Source of the DNA: Squalus acanthias
Lineage: Eukaryota
Reading direction: 5' to 3'
DNA length: 64,000 nt
Assembly (NCBI GenBank): GCA_030390025.1
Contig: CM059431.1
Location: forward strand, 114,020,001 to 114,084,000
Both the position numbers and the translations under genes were made by a program. Positions 26,608-39,068 of this stretch are shown here, in pieces; the first letter of the stretch is position 1, and the number at the start of each line of letters is the position of its first letter. The notes under the pieces were generated by a model. It did not search any database, was not told the DNA's origin, and was given only the letters and a program-made list of their open reading frames with translations.

Positions 26608-26823
26608 ATTATTTTGCAAGTAGGGAGTTAACTATTTAAACTCCATAATTTCCAACTTTCCTGTTTGAAGCCTTAACTTGTCATAAATAACACACTGAAT
26701 AGGTTTTCAAGATGACTCATGGTCCATCGCAGTCATCTTGCTCACAGTTTCCACAGGATTAGAGAAAGTAGATAAAGGTTATTGTAACTTGTCTTGCTCT
26801 TTTAACAAAGCAACCGTACATAC

Positions 26824-26912
26824 TTTTGTGGAGATCTGCTATCAACCTCGGCCTTCAGATGTAAATTCTCTCTTACAAGATCACCATTTTGAATACGAAG
26901 CTTTCGGTTTGC
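26824..26912 (-). CDS. OBI1: OBI1 coding exon 5
   Basis: CCTCAG| acceptor, |GTATGT donor; 89 nt; ANRKLRIQNGDLVRENLHLKAEVDSRSPQ plus a split K codon. Confidence 0.95.
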
Positions 26913-27757
26913 CTGAGGAAGAAAAAAAATGTCTGAAGGTTTCAAAGGTTATTACAGATGTTCAAGGGGCATATTAAAGCAGAACTTTTGTACTAAACGG
27001 TTCAATATCAAAATAAAATTACCAAGTTCTATACCAATGACATGCACACCTTTCCAAATGCTTTCAAGACTCATACCACAAGAGGCTCTGTGTCAGTAAC
27101 ACAGGGACTAGATGCACTTTTTCAGAGACAGACTCAAAATCACCATTTTAATTTGAATTAATTAGATTTTACAGATGAATATTTTACAGAAAGATGCAGA
27201 ATATATTTTTAATACTCTATTTGCAGCTGAGAGCCAGTAGCAAGTCATCAAGGGAATGCTCTAATGGTAAAATCATGTTTCTTGCACAACTAACTGATTT
27301 GTGAGCGGTACGCAATGACAATGCGCATGCATCAACAAAATTGCTCCTCGGCAGCTATTAGGAAGGGAGGAAAAGCATTAATTCAGGTTTCATGTCACAT
27401 TAGAGTGAAGTTTATGCCAAAAGGCAATCCCTGAAATGCAAATACAAGTTCCCCGACAAACAACCGCCTTCCTTCATATAAAGAGATGATACGTAGCAGG
27501 ATTCCTCAAAAGAAAATACGCGTTCCAGATCTTATTCTGAGGGCGTTTCAACTCTGGCTCAAATCTCAGCATTCCTTTTATGGACCAACAAAGGCCAGCT
27601 ACAAAACACAACTACAACGTGGCCCCCTTAGGATCGTCAGCCGTGCCAACATCTTGGGTGGATTCTCACCATTTCCACCTCCAGTTAGAAAGGAACTATG
27701 ATTAACATATTTAATCCATTTACTGATATCTTAAACATGTTTAACTTCTTTACTGTG

Positions 27758-28209
27758 TCAGCTGTGGCTCAGTGGGCAGTACACACGCCCGAGTCAGAAG
27801 GTTGTGGGCTCAAGTTCCACTCCAGGGACTCGAGCACATAAATCTAGGCCGACACTCCGGCGCAGTGCTGAGGGAGTGCTGCACTGTTGGAAGTGCTGTC
27901 TTTCAGATGAGACGTTAAGCCGAGGCCCCGTCTGCTCTCTCAGGTGGATGTAAAAGATCCCATGGCACTATATTCGAAGAAGAGCAGGGGAGTTATCCCC
28001 AGTGTCTTGGCCAATATATATCCCTCAATCAACATAACAAAAACAGTTTATCACATTGCTGTTTGTGGGAGCTTGCTGTGTGCAAATTGGCTGCCACGTT
28101 TCCCACATTACAACAGTGACTCCACTCCAAAAGTACTTCATTGGCTGTAAAGAACTTTGAGACATCCGGTGGTCGTGAAACGCGCTATAGAAATGCAAGT
28201 CTTTCTTTT
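27758..28209 (+). mobile_element. Deu-domain SINE (SacSINE1-like), full length
   Basis: tRNA-like head, Deu core gatgagacgttaagccgaggccccgtctg...aaagatcccatggcact, tail ...gcaagtctttcttt. Confidence 0.9.
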
Positions 28210-28864
28210 ACTGGGACGACATGAATTAGTTGAGAAAAGTGGGAGCCTGTCAAGAGTGAGAGCGCACAACTAAAATCAGCAAAAGAGTGACGGGTTCAGC
28301 ACCCAGGTAATTTCAACTGTTTCTATTTTAATGAGGTTATCCGGCAATATTTGGCACAGTAACTTCTTTCAGGCAGTGCCCTAAATAATAACCTCAACCA
28401 AGTAAAGAGGGTTACAAAATGGCACACACAAAAATCTGGAAGGAAAATAGAAGGAAGTTAAAGCCAATAATGACCCAAACACAACAGTCGTGTGAACTAG
28501 TGAGTCTTGCAAAAAGTTCAATGGAACTCAAAATTCAAAAATTGAATGCTTCAAATGCACAAAATGAAGCAGTCAGCAGTTGAGACATACTTCAGTTTTT
28601 CAATAAAAGTTGATGCAGTATTCAGTTTTCTTTAACAGAACCGGATGAAAGGACAGCACAATTTAGTCACTTTGAGGAAGCTCTAATGATTACTTCAGAA
28701 TAGAAGCTTATAGGATTGTGCAGTAGCAGTTTGCATGTTGTGAAGCACTATTAATCCTGGGTTTCCTGGAACTCAAACCTTGGCACCGAGGATTTTCCAC
28801 AACTTAAAACCATGATGCTATAAAGGAGAGAGGTCAGACTATTCACATTAGCAAAAAAAAAAAG

Positions 28865-29297
28865 ACGACGGAGGGGAGATTTTAAATTCACGAAGAGAAT
28901 CGATATAGAGTGGATGTGGAAAATTTCTGCAACCCAAAAGACAATCAGGGGAAAAGGATAAGCTACGGTAATTGTGATCTAAATACAACTTAAGTAACCT
29001 CTTCACTCATGGGAGTTACGAAGTTATGAGACACAGTGCCACCTGGCGCATTCAAAATTGACTCAGTTGAAGTATTCAAAAAGCAAATTAGTTTCTGGTT
29101 TTCAGTAAGTTTTACAGGGATACAAGCTAGGTGCTGAGGCAGCGCCAGGAAAAGAAAAAGATGAGAATGGGTTTGTGCAGTTACTAAATAAGGAACTAAC
29201 CAAGAGAGTGAATTAGACTAATCGGATAGCTCTTTCAGAGAGCTGGCACGGGCACAATGGGCCGAATGGCCTCCTTCTGTGCCGTATGTTTCTGTGA
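28865..29297 (+). mobile_element. Old CR1 3' fragments
   Basis: Degenerate gacggaggggagattt..., cttcactcat...; 3' UTR gggccgaatggcctccttctgtg. Confidence 0.55.
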
Positions 29298-29361
29298 TAA
29301 TATGATTAAATAGCCTCCATTTCTACCTCAGTAAAGGTTTATCAATGGTTTTTAATTATTT

Positions 29362-29924
29362 CAAATGTACTTAATTGGTTGTAAAGCACTTGGGACGTCC
29401 CGAGGTTGTGAAAGGCGCTATATAAACGCAAGTTCTTGCTTTCTTTCAGCCGTGGCTTACTTGGCAGCACCCTCGCCTCTGAGTCAGAAGGTTGTGGGTT
29501 CAAGTCCCACGCCAGAGACTTGAGCACAAAAATCTAGGCTGACACTCCAGTGCAGTGCTGAGGGAGCGCTGCACTGTCAGAGGTGCCATCTTTTGGATGA
29601 GACACTAAACTGAGGCCCCGTCTGCTCTCTCAGCTGGGCGTAAAAGATCCCATGGCACTATTTTGAAGAAGAGCGGGGGAGTTATCCCCGGTGTCCTGGC
29701 CAATATTTATCCCTCAATCAACGTAACAAAAACAGATTATCTGGCCACTATCACATTGCTGTTTGTGGGAGCTTGCTGTGCACAAATTGGCTGCCGCGTT
29801 TCTACATTACAACAGTGACTCCACTTAAAAAAAAAGTACTTCATTGGCTGTAAAGCGCTATGGGACGTCCGGTGGTCGTGAAAGGTGCTATATAAATGCA
29901 AGTCTTTCTTTTCTTTTTTCTTTC
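29362..29924 (+). mobile_element. Deu-domain SINE: tail fragment (29362-29445) fused head-to-tail to a full copy (29446-29924)
   Basis: Two tails (aaggcgctatataaa.gcaagt) and one head tcagccgtggc. Confidence 0.9.
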
Positions 29925-29991
29925 AAAGCAACTTCTACTGGAAGCTGTATTGCTCCCTCCCCTACTTTTTTCACCAAGAACAAATACATAC

Positions 29992-30243
29992 TTCTTTAAG
30001 TTTATCCAAATCAGCTTTTGTTTTCTCGTAAATCTCTGTAGCTGCTTTTAATTTGGCTCTCCATTCCGGCTGACTGATCAAATCAGGAGTGCTGTCCTGT
30101 CCAGTTGGGCTTTGCTTCCGGTTATCATCTTTGCTGGAAGACGACAACGCCACTGGATCAAAGACAGTTTTCAGCTGCGATTCCAGGCTCAGATTTTTGC
30201 CACGAAGATCTTCAATTTCTTTCTGCAAGGATTCAATCTCGTC
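29992..30243 (-). CDS. OBI1: OBI1 coding exon 4 (coiled coil)
   Basis: TTTAG| acceptor, |GTATGT donor; 252 nt; DEIESLQKEIEDLRGKNLSLESQLK...EIYEKTKADLDKLKE. Confidence 0.95.
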
Positions 30244-30594
30244 CTAAATATCAAAACACATTTAAGCACACAGAAATAATTATCAGGAAATTCTTCAGAA
30301 CAGACGTTCCACTTTCAGATACCCAGAGGCATCAACATTTCTGCATGGTATTTGGATGCCAAATAAGGTTACTTTGTCAAATAGAACAAAGAACGAGTTT
30401 GACACAGCCAAAGGCAACTGAACTGCACCATGATTAAATACATTTTAGTTAACAAGCAAACAAAATAAACACAAATGTTAGTGGTTAGAGACTATGGGTG
30501 GCTTTGTTGCATCATGTTCACCAACTCCAAAATTAATTATTCATTTCATGAAACACAATGAATTTTTCTTTAAAATTCGCACTATATTTAGCTA

Positions 30595-31020
30595 TCAGCC
30601 GTAGCTCAGTGGGTAGCACTCTCTTCTCCAAGTCAGAAGGTTGTGGGTTCGTGTCACACTCGAGAGACTTGAGCTCATAATCTAGGTTGACACTTCACTG
30701 CAGTACTGAAGGAGTTCTGTACCGTCGGATGTGCCATCTTTCGGATGACACAGTAAACCGAGGCCCCGTCTACCCTTTCTGGTGGACATAAAGCATCCCA
30801 CAACACTATTCAAAGGAGAGCAGGGGTGTTCTCCCCGGTGCCCTGGCCAATATTTATCCCTCAATCAACATCACTAAAACAGATTATCTGGTCATTATCA
30901 CATTGCTGTTTGTGGGAGCTTGCTGTGTGCAAATTGGTTGCCGCATTTCTTACATTACAACAGTGACTACACTACAAATGTACTTCAGTGGCTGCAAGCA
31001 CTTTGGGACAACCTGAGGTT
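30595..31020 (+). mobile_element. Deu-domain SINE (SacSINE1-like)
   Basis: Same family, head through most of the tail. Confidence 0.88.
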
Positions 31021-31754
31021 CTTTTGTTTATTTTTCTTTCTAGTTAGGCTCACCAGGTTGCCCCATTACCGTAAATCTCAATAATATGTTTTCCTGTATG
31101 ACTACTAAAGTGGAATAAAGTGTTACGGCCAAGAGTGCAAGCAAAATTGTGCCAAACTGGACTGGAACTATTTGAATAGACAGGATAGGTTGCAACTGAC
31201 CGCTTTCCACTAAACACATTTCTAACATGGTGCCTAAAAAGACATGAAAAAACATGAAAGACACTAGATGATTATAAATTATGGTTCTTGTACCGTTTAG
31301 GCCATGGTTATAAAAATGGTTATATAAAGTTCTGGAAAGCATCTATACTCACTAGGTTGTGGCAATTTTTAGAAAGCTATTCATATGGGAGAAGGTTAAT
31401 GCAGGCTGCTAAACAGTTGTTTACTTTCTTCCTGCTTCCCTTCCTCTTGGGGAAAAACAAGTAGGCAGTCAATGCCAGGGGGTGCAGTCCCGGTCTGAAG
31501 GGAATCAAAGTTTTACTCAAATAATTAAACAAAGCATATGTTGTTTAGGGCAGGAAAGCAGGGAGCTGATCATGTCTCGCATTTGATACCACCAGAGTAA
31601 TTCAGTGACGGCAAAACGTTTTACGACAACAATTTCAAATGCAGTACGACATGTCTCAAACAGATCTTAACTACCATAAACCCTTATATAATCTTACACT
31701 TGGGAACGGTTTTGATGCTAATTGCAGAAATTGTCAATTATTTCTGGTATATAA

Positions 31755-32060
31755 CGTCTCCTGGACGAGACGTTAAACCGAGGCCCCGTCTACTCTCTCC
31801 AGTGGATGTAAAAGATCCCATGGCACTATATCGAAGAAAAGCAGGGGAGTTCTCCCCAGTGTCCTGGCCAATATTTATCCCTCAATCAACATCACTGAAA
31901 CAGATTATCTGGTCATTATCACATTGCTGTTTGTGGGACCTTGCTGTGCGCAAATTGGCTGCGTTTCCTGCATTAAAACAGTGACTACACTCCAAAAATA
32001 CTTCATTGGCTGTAAAGTGCTTTGGGGCATCCGGTGGTTAAAGAAATGCTAGTTTTTTTT
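31755..32060 (+). mobile_element. 5'-truncated Deu-domain SINE
   Basis: Starts in the Deu core (gacgagacgttaaaccgaggccccg). Confidence 0.85.
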
Positions 32061-32338
32061 TATATGTCTGAGTTTGTAAATCATACACTACATACTTGCC
32101 GAGGAGTTCACCAAAGTAACAACATGCATCAACATAAAAAGAATATTAAACTGCATGACTGATAATGTAGTTAAAAATGTCTCAGGATACTTATTAATTG
32201 TTTAGCGAAGCCAAATCAAGCTTTTACTTATAATTTGAACCTCTGTTGTTTTCAAAGTATAGGGAAAGTGTTATCTGGAAAGTATATAAAAACAATGGTA
32301 AAGTGCAGTGTAGATTCAGTAGGTTGGGGGAATAGAAT

Positions 32339-35300
32339 TCTCCTCCAACAATGCCCACCTTGAAGAAGTTCTGCTCTTCTCTCCTACAGGATTTCCGCTT
32401 GTCTCTTTTACCTTGTTCATCTTCAGTGCTTTCTGTTTTCCTTCTCGCGTTTGATCAGGTATCTACCAAAACTCGCTTTCACAGCCACATCTCTTTCCTC
32501 AGCAACTGTCTCTGGCGCCGACTTATTCCATGTGGATTCCAACTGAAATTCCACCCTTTGTGTTTTGGATCCACCCAGGATTACAGGTATCTCCGAGATA
32601 TTCAGCATTCCTCGAACTACTGCTCTCGCCGCATCCGGAGATCCACGCTCAAATCCATGCGCCACCACGTGCACGCGCTCCACCTCTCTCTTCAGCAGCA
32701 CCGACTCACTATCTCAAAGCTGTCCTGGTCTGCAGTTCCATTTCATCCTTCACCTTATCCGGCACTTTAACAAAAAACTTTTTTTCTTCCTTTCAGGTGT
32801 CAAGGATCGCAAGCTTCAACAACTCTTGGACACCAACGCCCCTCCGGAATCATCATCTCCTTCACTCTCCTCTGACCCCATCCCTTCTTCCAATCTCACC
32901 CCCTGCGCCATGTTTTCACTATCCCCTCTGACCTTCCCCTCTCTGACCTTGAACGATCAGTCCTCAGCAAAGGCCTGAGCTTTATCCCCTTAGGCCCCCA
33001 CCTCTATGAATTTCGAGCTCAGCATGACACGGAGCTTTTTTTCCATCGCCTTCGTCTCTGTGCCCACTTCTTTGGCCAGGAGTCTTCCACCCACATAGCG
33101 GACCCTTTCTCCCATTTTCAGAATTCTCAGTCTAACTGGACCCCTCCCTCTGTCCTCTTACCCTCTCTAGATCTTTTCATTGCGAACTGCCGGCGTGACA
33201 TCGGCCGTCTCAATTTCTCTGTTCCCCTCACTCACTCCAACCTACCTCCCTCTGAACTTGCAGCACTCCGTTCTCTCAGATCCAACCCCAACATTGTCAT
33301 TAAACCTGCTGACAAGGGTGGCGCAGTTGTTGTTTGGCAAACCTACCTTGTGGAGGCTGAACGTCAACTCTCTGACACCTTCTCCTACCTCCCCCTGGAC
33401 CATGACCCCACTACTGAACATCAAGACTGTCACTGACCTCATCTCCTCTGGAGATCTTCCCTCCACGGCCACCAACCTCATAGTCCCCCAACCCCGCTTC
33501 TACCTCCTTCCCAAGATCCACAAACTGGACTGCCTGGTAGACCCATTGTTTCAGCCTGTTCTTGCCACACGGAACTGATTTCTTCCTATATCGACTCTAC
33601 TTTTTCTCTCCTTGTCCAGTCTCTTCCCACCTATATCCATCTTCAGACGCCCTCCGCCACTTTAACAGTTTCCTGGCTCCAACCATCTCCTTTTCACTAT
33701 GGACGTACAATCCCTCTACACCTCAATCTCCCACCAGGATGGCCTGAGGGTGCTCCGCTTCTTCCTTGAACAGAGGCCCAACCAGTCCCCATCCACCACC
33801 ACCCTCCTCCGCCTGGCTGAACTTGTTCTCACATTGAACAACTTCTCCTTTGACTCCACTCACTTCCTCCAAATAAATGGTGTTGCTATGGGAACCCACA
33901 TGGGTCCTAGCTATGCCTGCCTTTTCGTGGGATATGTGGAACATTCTTTGTTCCAGTCCTACTCAGGTCCCCTCCCTCACCTCTTTTCCAGTACATTGAT
34001 GACTGTATCGGTGCCGTTTCCTGCTCTCGCCCTGAACTAGAAAATTTCATTCACTTTGCTTCCAATTTCCAGCCTTTCCTCACCTTCACATGGTCCATCT
34101 CTGACTCTTCCCTTCACTTCCTCGACTTCTTTGTCTCCATTTCTGGGGATAGGCTATCGACAAACATCCACGAGAAGCCCACCGACTCCCACAGCTACCT
34201 GGACTATACTTCCTCCCACCCCGCTTCCTGTAAGGACTCTTCCATTCTCCCAGTTTCTCCGTCTCGGTCACATCTGTTCTGACGATGCCACCTTCCATAC
34301 TAGTGCTTCCGATATGTCTTCCTTTATCCTCTACCGTGGTTGACATGGTCCTCGACAGTGTCCGTTCCACTTCCCGCATTTCTGCTCTCACCCCTTCCCT
34401 TCCCCTCCCTCCCAGAACCACGATAGAGTTCCCCTTGTCCTCACCTTTCACCCACACCAGCCTCCACATTCAACGGGTCATCCTCTGCCATTTCCGCCAC
34501 CTCCAGCGTGATACCACCACCAAACGCATCTTCCCCTCCCCTTTCAGCATTCTGAAGGGACCGCTCCCTCTGCAGCACCCTGGTCCACTCCTCAATCACC
34601 CCCTCCTCTTCCCACGGCACCTTCCTGTGCAAGCGCAGGAGATGCAACACCTGCCCTTTCACCTGCTCCCTTCCCACTGTCCAGGGCCCCAAACACTCCT
34701 TCCAGGTGAAACAGCGATTTACTTGTACTTCTTGCAATTTAGTATACTGTATTAGCTGCTCACGATGTGGTCTCCTCTACATTGGGGAGACCAAAGGCAG
34801 ATTGGGTGACCGTTTTGCGGAACATCTCCGTTCAGTCCGTAAGCGTGACCGAGCTTCCGGTCGCCTGTCACTTTAATTCTTTGCTCCACTCCCACTCTGA
34901 CCTTGGCCTCTTACACTGTTCCAACGAAGCTTAACGTAAGCTCGAGGAACAGCACCTCATCTTTCGATTAGGCACTTTACAGCCTTCTGGACTCAACATC
35001 GAGTTCAACAATTTTAGACCATAACCTCGGCCCCTATTTTTTCCAGATGGCAGCAGTTGATGATTCTGCCATTCCCATTTACACCTCTTCTGGACTCATC
35101 TTTTGTTTCTTTACTTGTCCCATTACCATCTCCTTTTGCTTTGTACAATCATACCTTTTGTCATTTACTCACTCCTGCCTTCCACCCTATCACAGACCTT
35201 CCCTTTTGTTCTTCTCTCCCCTCCCCCCTTTCCCTGCCCCTGCACTCACTTAAAATCTATTACATCCAGTTCTGACGAAAAGTCATCGACCTGAAGCGTT

Positions 35301-35406
35301 AACTCTGTTTCTCTCTCCACAGATGCTGCCTGACCGGCTGAGTATTTCCAGCATTTTCTGTTTTTATTTCAGATTTCCAGCATTCGTAGTATTTTGCTTT
35401 TGTATT
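32339..35406 (+). mobile_element. Penelope-like element (RT + GIY-YIG endonuclease), frameshifted, with 3' pLTR
   Basis: RT motifs PRFYLLPKIHK, MDVQSLYTSI, GVAMGTHMGPSYACLF, YIDD; GIY-YIG ..YCISCSRCGLLYIGETK.RLGDRFAEH at about 34740-34830; 12-bp TSD GGGGAATAGAAT at 32327 and 35407. Confidence 0.92.
35268..35304 (+). ncRNA. Degenerate minimal hammerhead in the PLE pLTR
   Basis: AGTT-CTGACGA-A-aagtc atc gacct-GAAG-CG-TT-AACT; core GAAA changed to GAAG and a mismatch in stem II. Confidence 0.55.
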
Positions 35407-35754
35407 GGGGAATAGAATGAGTGGTTAAAGTAATAGAGACTTGAAAAGTCAGGGCTTTATCATTGGAGCCGAGAAGGTAAAGGAATGATCAGAGTCTTCA
35501 GCATTAGAATTTACTGCACAGAAACAGGCCAGTCGGCCCAACTGGATTATGTTCCACACGAGCCTCCTCCCACCCTACTTCATCAAACCCCATCAACATA
35601 TCCTGCTGTTCCTTTCTCCCTCATGTTAGAGTGAAAGGATTTCCATCCCTGAGCTCGTAGCATTACCAGATATTGTGCTTGTAAGGTCACTGTTCTTTTC
35701 ATAGGGTCTTTTGATCTTTTATGGAAGTGACTACTTCCAACTTCATCACAGTGT

Positions 35755-36325
35755 TCAAACATGCACTTGAAGTGCCGTAACCGACAGGGCTATGGACCAA
35801 GAGCTGGAAAGTGGGATTAGGCTGGATAGCTCTTTTTCGGCAAGCACAGACATGATGGGCCGAATGGCCTCCTTCTGTGCCGTAAATTTCTATGATTCTA
35901 TGATATGGAGTGAGGGCTTACTAATGGGAGTGGTCTTTGACACCAAGCATGGGAGAAATATCGGAGTCAAGCCCAAAAACACACCACCCTCCGCTGTGCC
36001 AGATGGGCAGTTTTAAACAGGTGGGAAGGATAACAAATCAAATAAAGAGTAATGATCGATTGTTTCCACTGATCAGCGAGACAGTAACAAGGTGAAGCTA
36101 ATGATTAAAGCTGACGTTAGAAAACATTTCTTTACGCAGAAGATGGATAGAATGTGAAATTCTATGCCACAAATCATCACTGAAGCAGAGTCCATGTTTT
36201 TTTATAAAAGGGTAAATAAATAGTTGCTGAAAAAGAGGAATATTAAAGGCTATGGGAGTGAGATTGAGAAAAACACTAGTGTAGACTAGATAGGCTAAGT
36301 GGTCTATTTCTGTGCCGTAATACTC
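35755..36325 (+). mobile_element. Two CR1 3' fragments
   Basis: gggccgaatggcctccttctgtgccgta tail ending about 35905; second degenerate fragment ttctttacgcaga...atgtgaaattctatgcca. Confidence 0.6.
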
Positions 36326-36469
36326 CAGAATTTGGAGATTTGGCCTTATTCTCAATTTCTGCGCCTTACTGTATCAACTAATACCAAACACAAGTACTAT
36401 ACGGAACAAAACTAAAATTACATGACGCCCAACATTATCTTCAATTACAGTTCTGAAAAATTATACAAA

Positions 36470-36810
36470 ACCATAGGGAAGGAGAGCTAGCGCGCAAGAG
36501 GACAGAAATAGCAAGAGCACAGATAGCGAGAGAGTGCGCATGCGAGAGCACAGGAGAGAGAACAAGAAAGCATATGTAAGAGAAAACAACAGCAATGGAG
36601 ACAGAAAGAGGAGATAGAACAGACAATGAGAGAGAAACAAAGAGCAATAGAGAGCAAGAAACAGAAAGAGGAAACAGAGAGAAAAAAAAGACAGCAGAAC
36701 AGAGTGAGAGAGAAAGAGCGAGAAAAAGTTTAAGAGAAGGAGAATCAGAGAAGACAAAGAGAGGAAGAGGACAAGGACAGCAACACCAAGACGAAAAACA
36801 TGAGAGATCA
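36470..36810. repeat. Purine-rich (GA) low-complexity tract
   Basis: Degenerate agag/acag/gaaa repeats; source of spurious ORFs. Confidence 0.8.
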
Positions 36811-38549
36811 TGCTCCAAATATAGCAGACACTTTTTGCAAGTGACACTTACTTATAGCACTTTCCCAGTCAACCCATTCACACTTTGTAAAGTAAAACTG
36901 CTACAGATCAGAACTGCGAGGTAGGGAATGCAGTGAGGAAAGCAGCTAGAAACTGCTGAGTAGTTAATATAAAACTAATTCTGAATAAACAGTCAGGAGA
37001 ACCCACTGAAAAAAATGTTGCTTTACAGTTTACATACTGAAATTTCTAATGCCTAAAATATGATTTTAAACAAATTAAAAATTACATATTGCATAATGAC
37101 AAAATTAAATTTACTCATGAAATTGTCACTGTGTCTTTTAATACCTTCAGTAATGATGTCCCTTCAAGGCCTCAGCTTGTCTCAAAAGCTTGGGCGTTGA
37201 CTGGATATTTGTCCCCCAGTTAACTTGAAGCAAGTTAGCACCTACATCCATGGTTTCGGAGTAAGTGCAGGATTCAGAAATTCCCAGGTGTCTCGAGTTA
37301 AAGTAGAAGGGTGTCTGCTCTCAGCCTTAAGAGCATTTGAGTTTCTATGCTTTTTTCAAAGGCTTCAAAACAAGTTGGTGACTTAATTCTCAAAGCTTTA
37401 TTTCAGGCAAGTTTCGCATTTAGGATATGGACAACTGCTCTATTAACAACTGCCTCGTTTCTATTAAGCTCGAAATGTTTACATCACATACACACATCCG
37501 TGATTAACAGCACCCTTTAGTTTCTTTTGATGACATTTAGAAAGCAAAACAAAGATTGTTTATTGAGAATGTATTTCTTTTTCTCAATGTAAAAATTAGA
37601 ACAGCCTTTCAGTTAGTTTTCCAAGGTGGTTTCAACCTAGCCAATAGATGAATTCGATAATTGGCACTCCTGATTGGCTGTTGTCCCCATCCTCTTCATT
37701 TTAGTTTTCAATTCAGTTGCAATTTTTGGAGCTTGAGTTTTTTTTTAAAAAAGGTATAAAAATTTGGAAACTGTAAAAGATGGACTTTTGCGCACAAGGA
37801 GGTTTTTGTTAATGGAAATACGTGTTTATTAAAGACTGTAAGTCAGCTAATACTCCAGTGTTTTGAAGTAAGAACCAGCTGAAGACAAGGAACATGGTTA
37901 GGATGGGGGGCGGGGGGTGGCCTGGCACAGCCCAAAAGGAGGCACAGACATGTTGTTGGGGAGGGGCGGGGGGGGGGGGGGGGGGGGGGGGAGGGTAAGG
38001 ATGACAGAGTTGAACAAGGTAACATTGTCAGGGAAAGGGGCAAGGCACTTGATGGTTCTAAAAGAGCCAAAGACAGTTCAGTCTTCATTCTCCTGGGCCC
38101 CTTCAAGGCTGCTAGACATTGCTGCCCCACCCCCCGATAATAGTAGAGCTCAGCAACCACCCCTCCCCAATACTGCCAAATCCTAGTCTCGTTCTACCCC
38201 CCACCCACCCCCCCCCGCACTGCCACTGGTTCCTTTTCCAGTGTTCGAAAATATTGTCTGATGCTAACAAATCAGTGCCACTGATGAATACTACTTGGCA
38301 GAACACAAGTATTGTGATCTCCAGCTCACCATGAGCAACGTCATGGGATATCACAGATATAGAACACACACGTGCAAAGCCAAGTAATGGAGAACTCTGT
38401 TGATTGCTTGCAATATTTCTCCACAAGTTAATTTTTCAAGGGATAGTGCTTTTTAAGCCATTTAAATCTTTCTTCACCTACTGCTTTCTTTATTCTTCCC
38501 CTATTCATGCCAATGCTGAAAAACTTAGGTTTAATAGTAAACAAGTTAC

Positions 38550-38641
38550 CTCATATTCTTTATGTAACAGCTCGAGCCTAGTTTTTCGAAGGTGTCGCTT
38601 GACTGATGGACTGTCACAATTTTCCGTTCCATCTGTTCCAC
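38550..38641 (-). CDS. OBI1: OBI1 coding exon 3
   Basis: TTCAG| acceptor, |GTAAC donor; 92 nt, phase-compatible; GGTDGTENCDSPSVKRHLRKTRLELLHKEYE. Confidence 0.95.
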
Positions 38642-39068
38642 CTGAATGGAAATTAAATAGTAATCAGTACTTGTGTCCCTACAATATTGTAAAATTTGAT
38701 TTAGAGTTCGTAATATTCTTTTTCCGACATATGCCCAAAGAAATTTAGGAATTCCAGATTCTGTTTTAGCAACCTGTCTCTACCAAGTCTGTGTTTAACG
38801 AGATCTGTAGGTATTCATTGCTACATTTACCTTATCTGTAACTGCACAAAGTATCAGGTCCAATATCTGAATGAAATCTGGTGGCGTTACAGCAAAATTT
38901 CAGAAATCTGACAGCAGCAGTCAAACTGTAACTTGAAACATTGCATCACAGACTTTCAATGGTAATTACTATGCTGAGGAGGCCATCAGAGTCCAGCAAA
39001 TATGTCTAGGTATGATAAAACCACTATATATGATGAACAGTAAACCAGCTTGTATTAAATGTTTATAC

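Noticed and set aside
36441..36924. 100-128 aa ORFs rich in E/R/K or L/S/F
   Set aside because: Artefacts of a GA low-complexity tract
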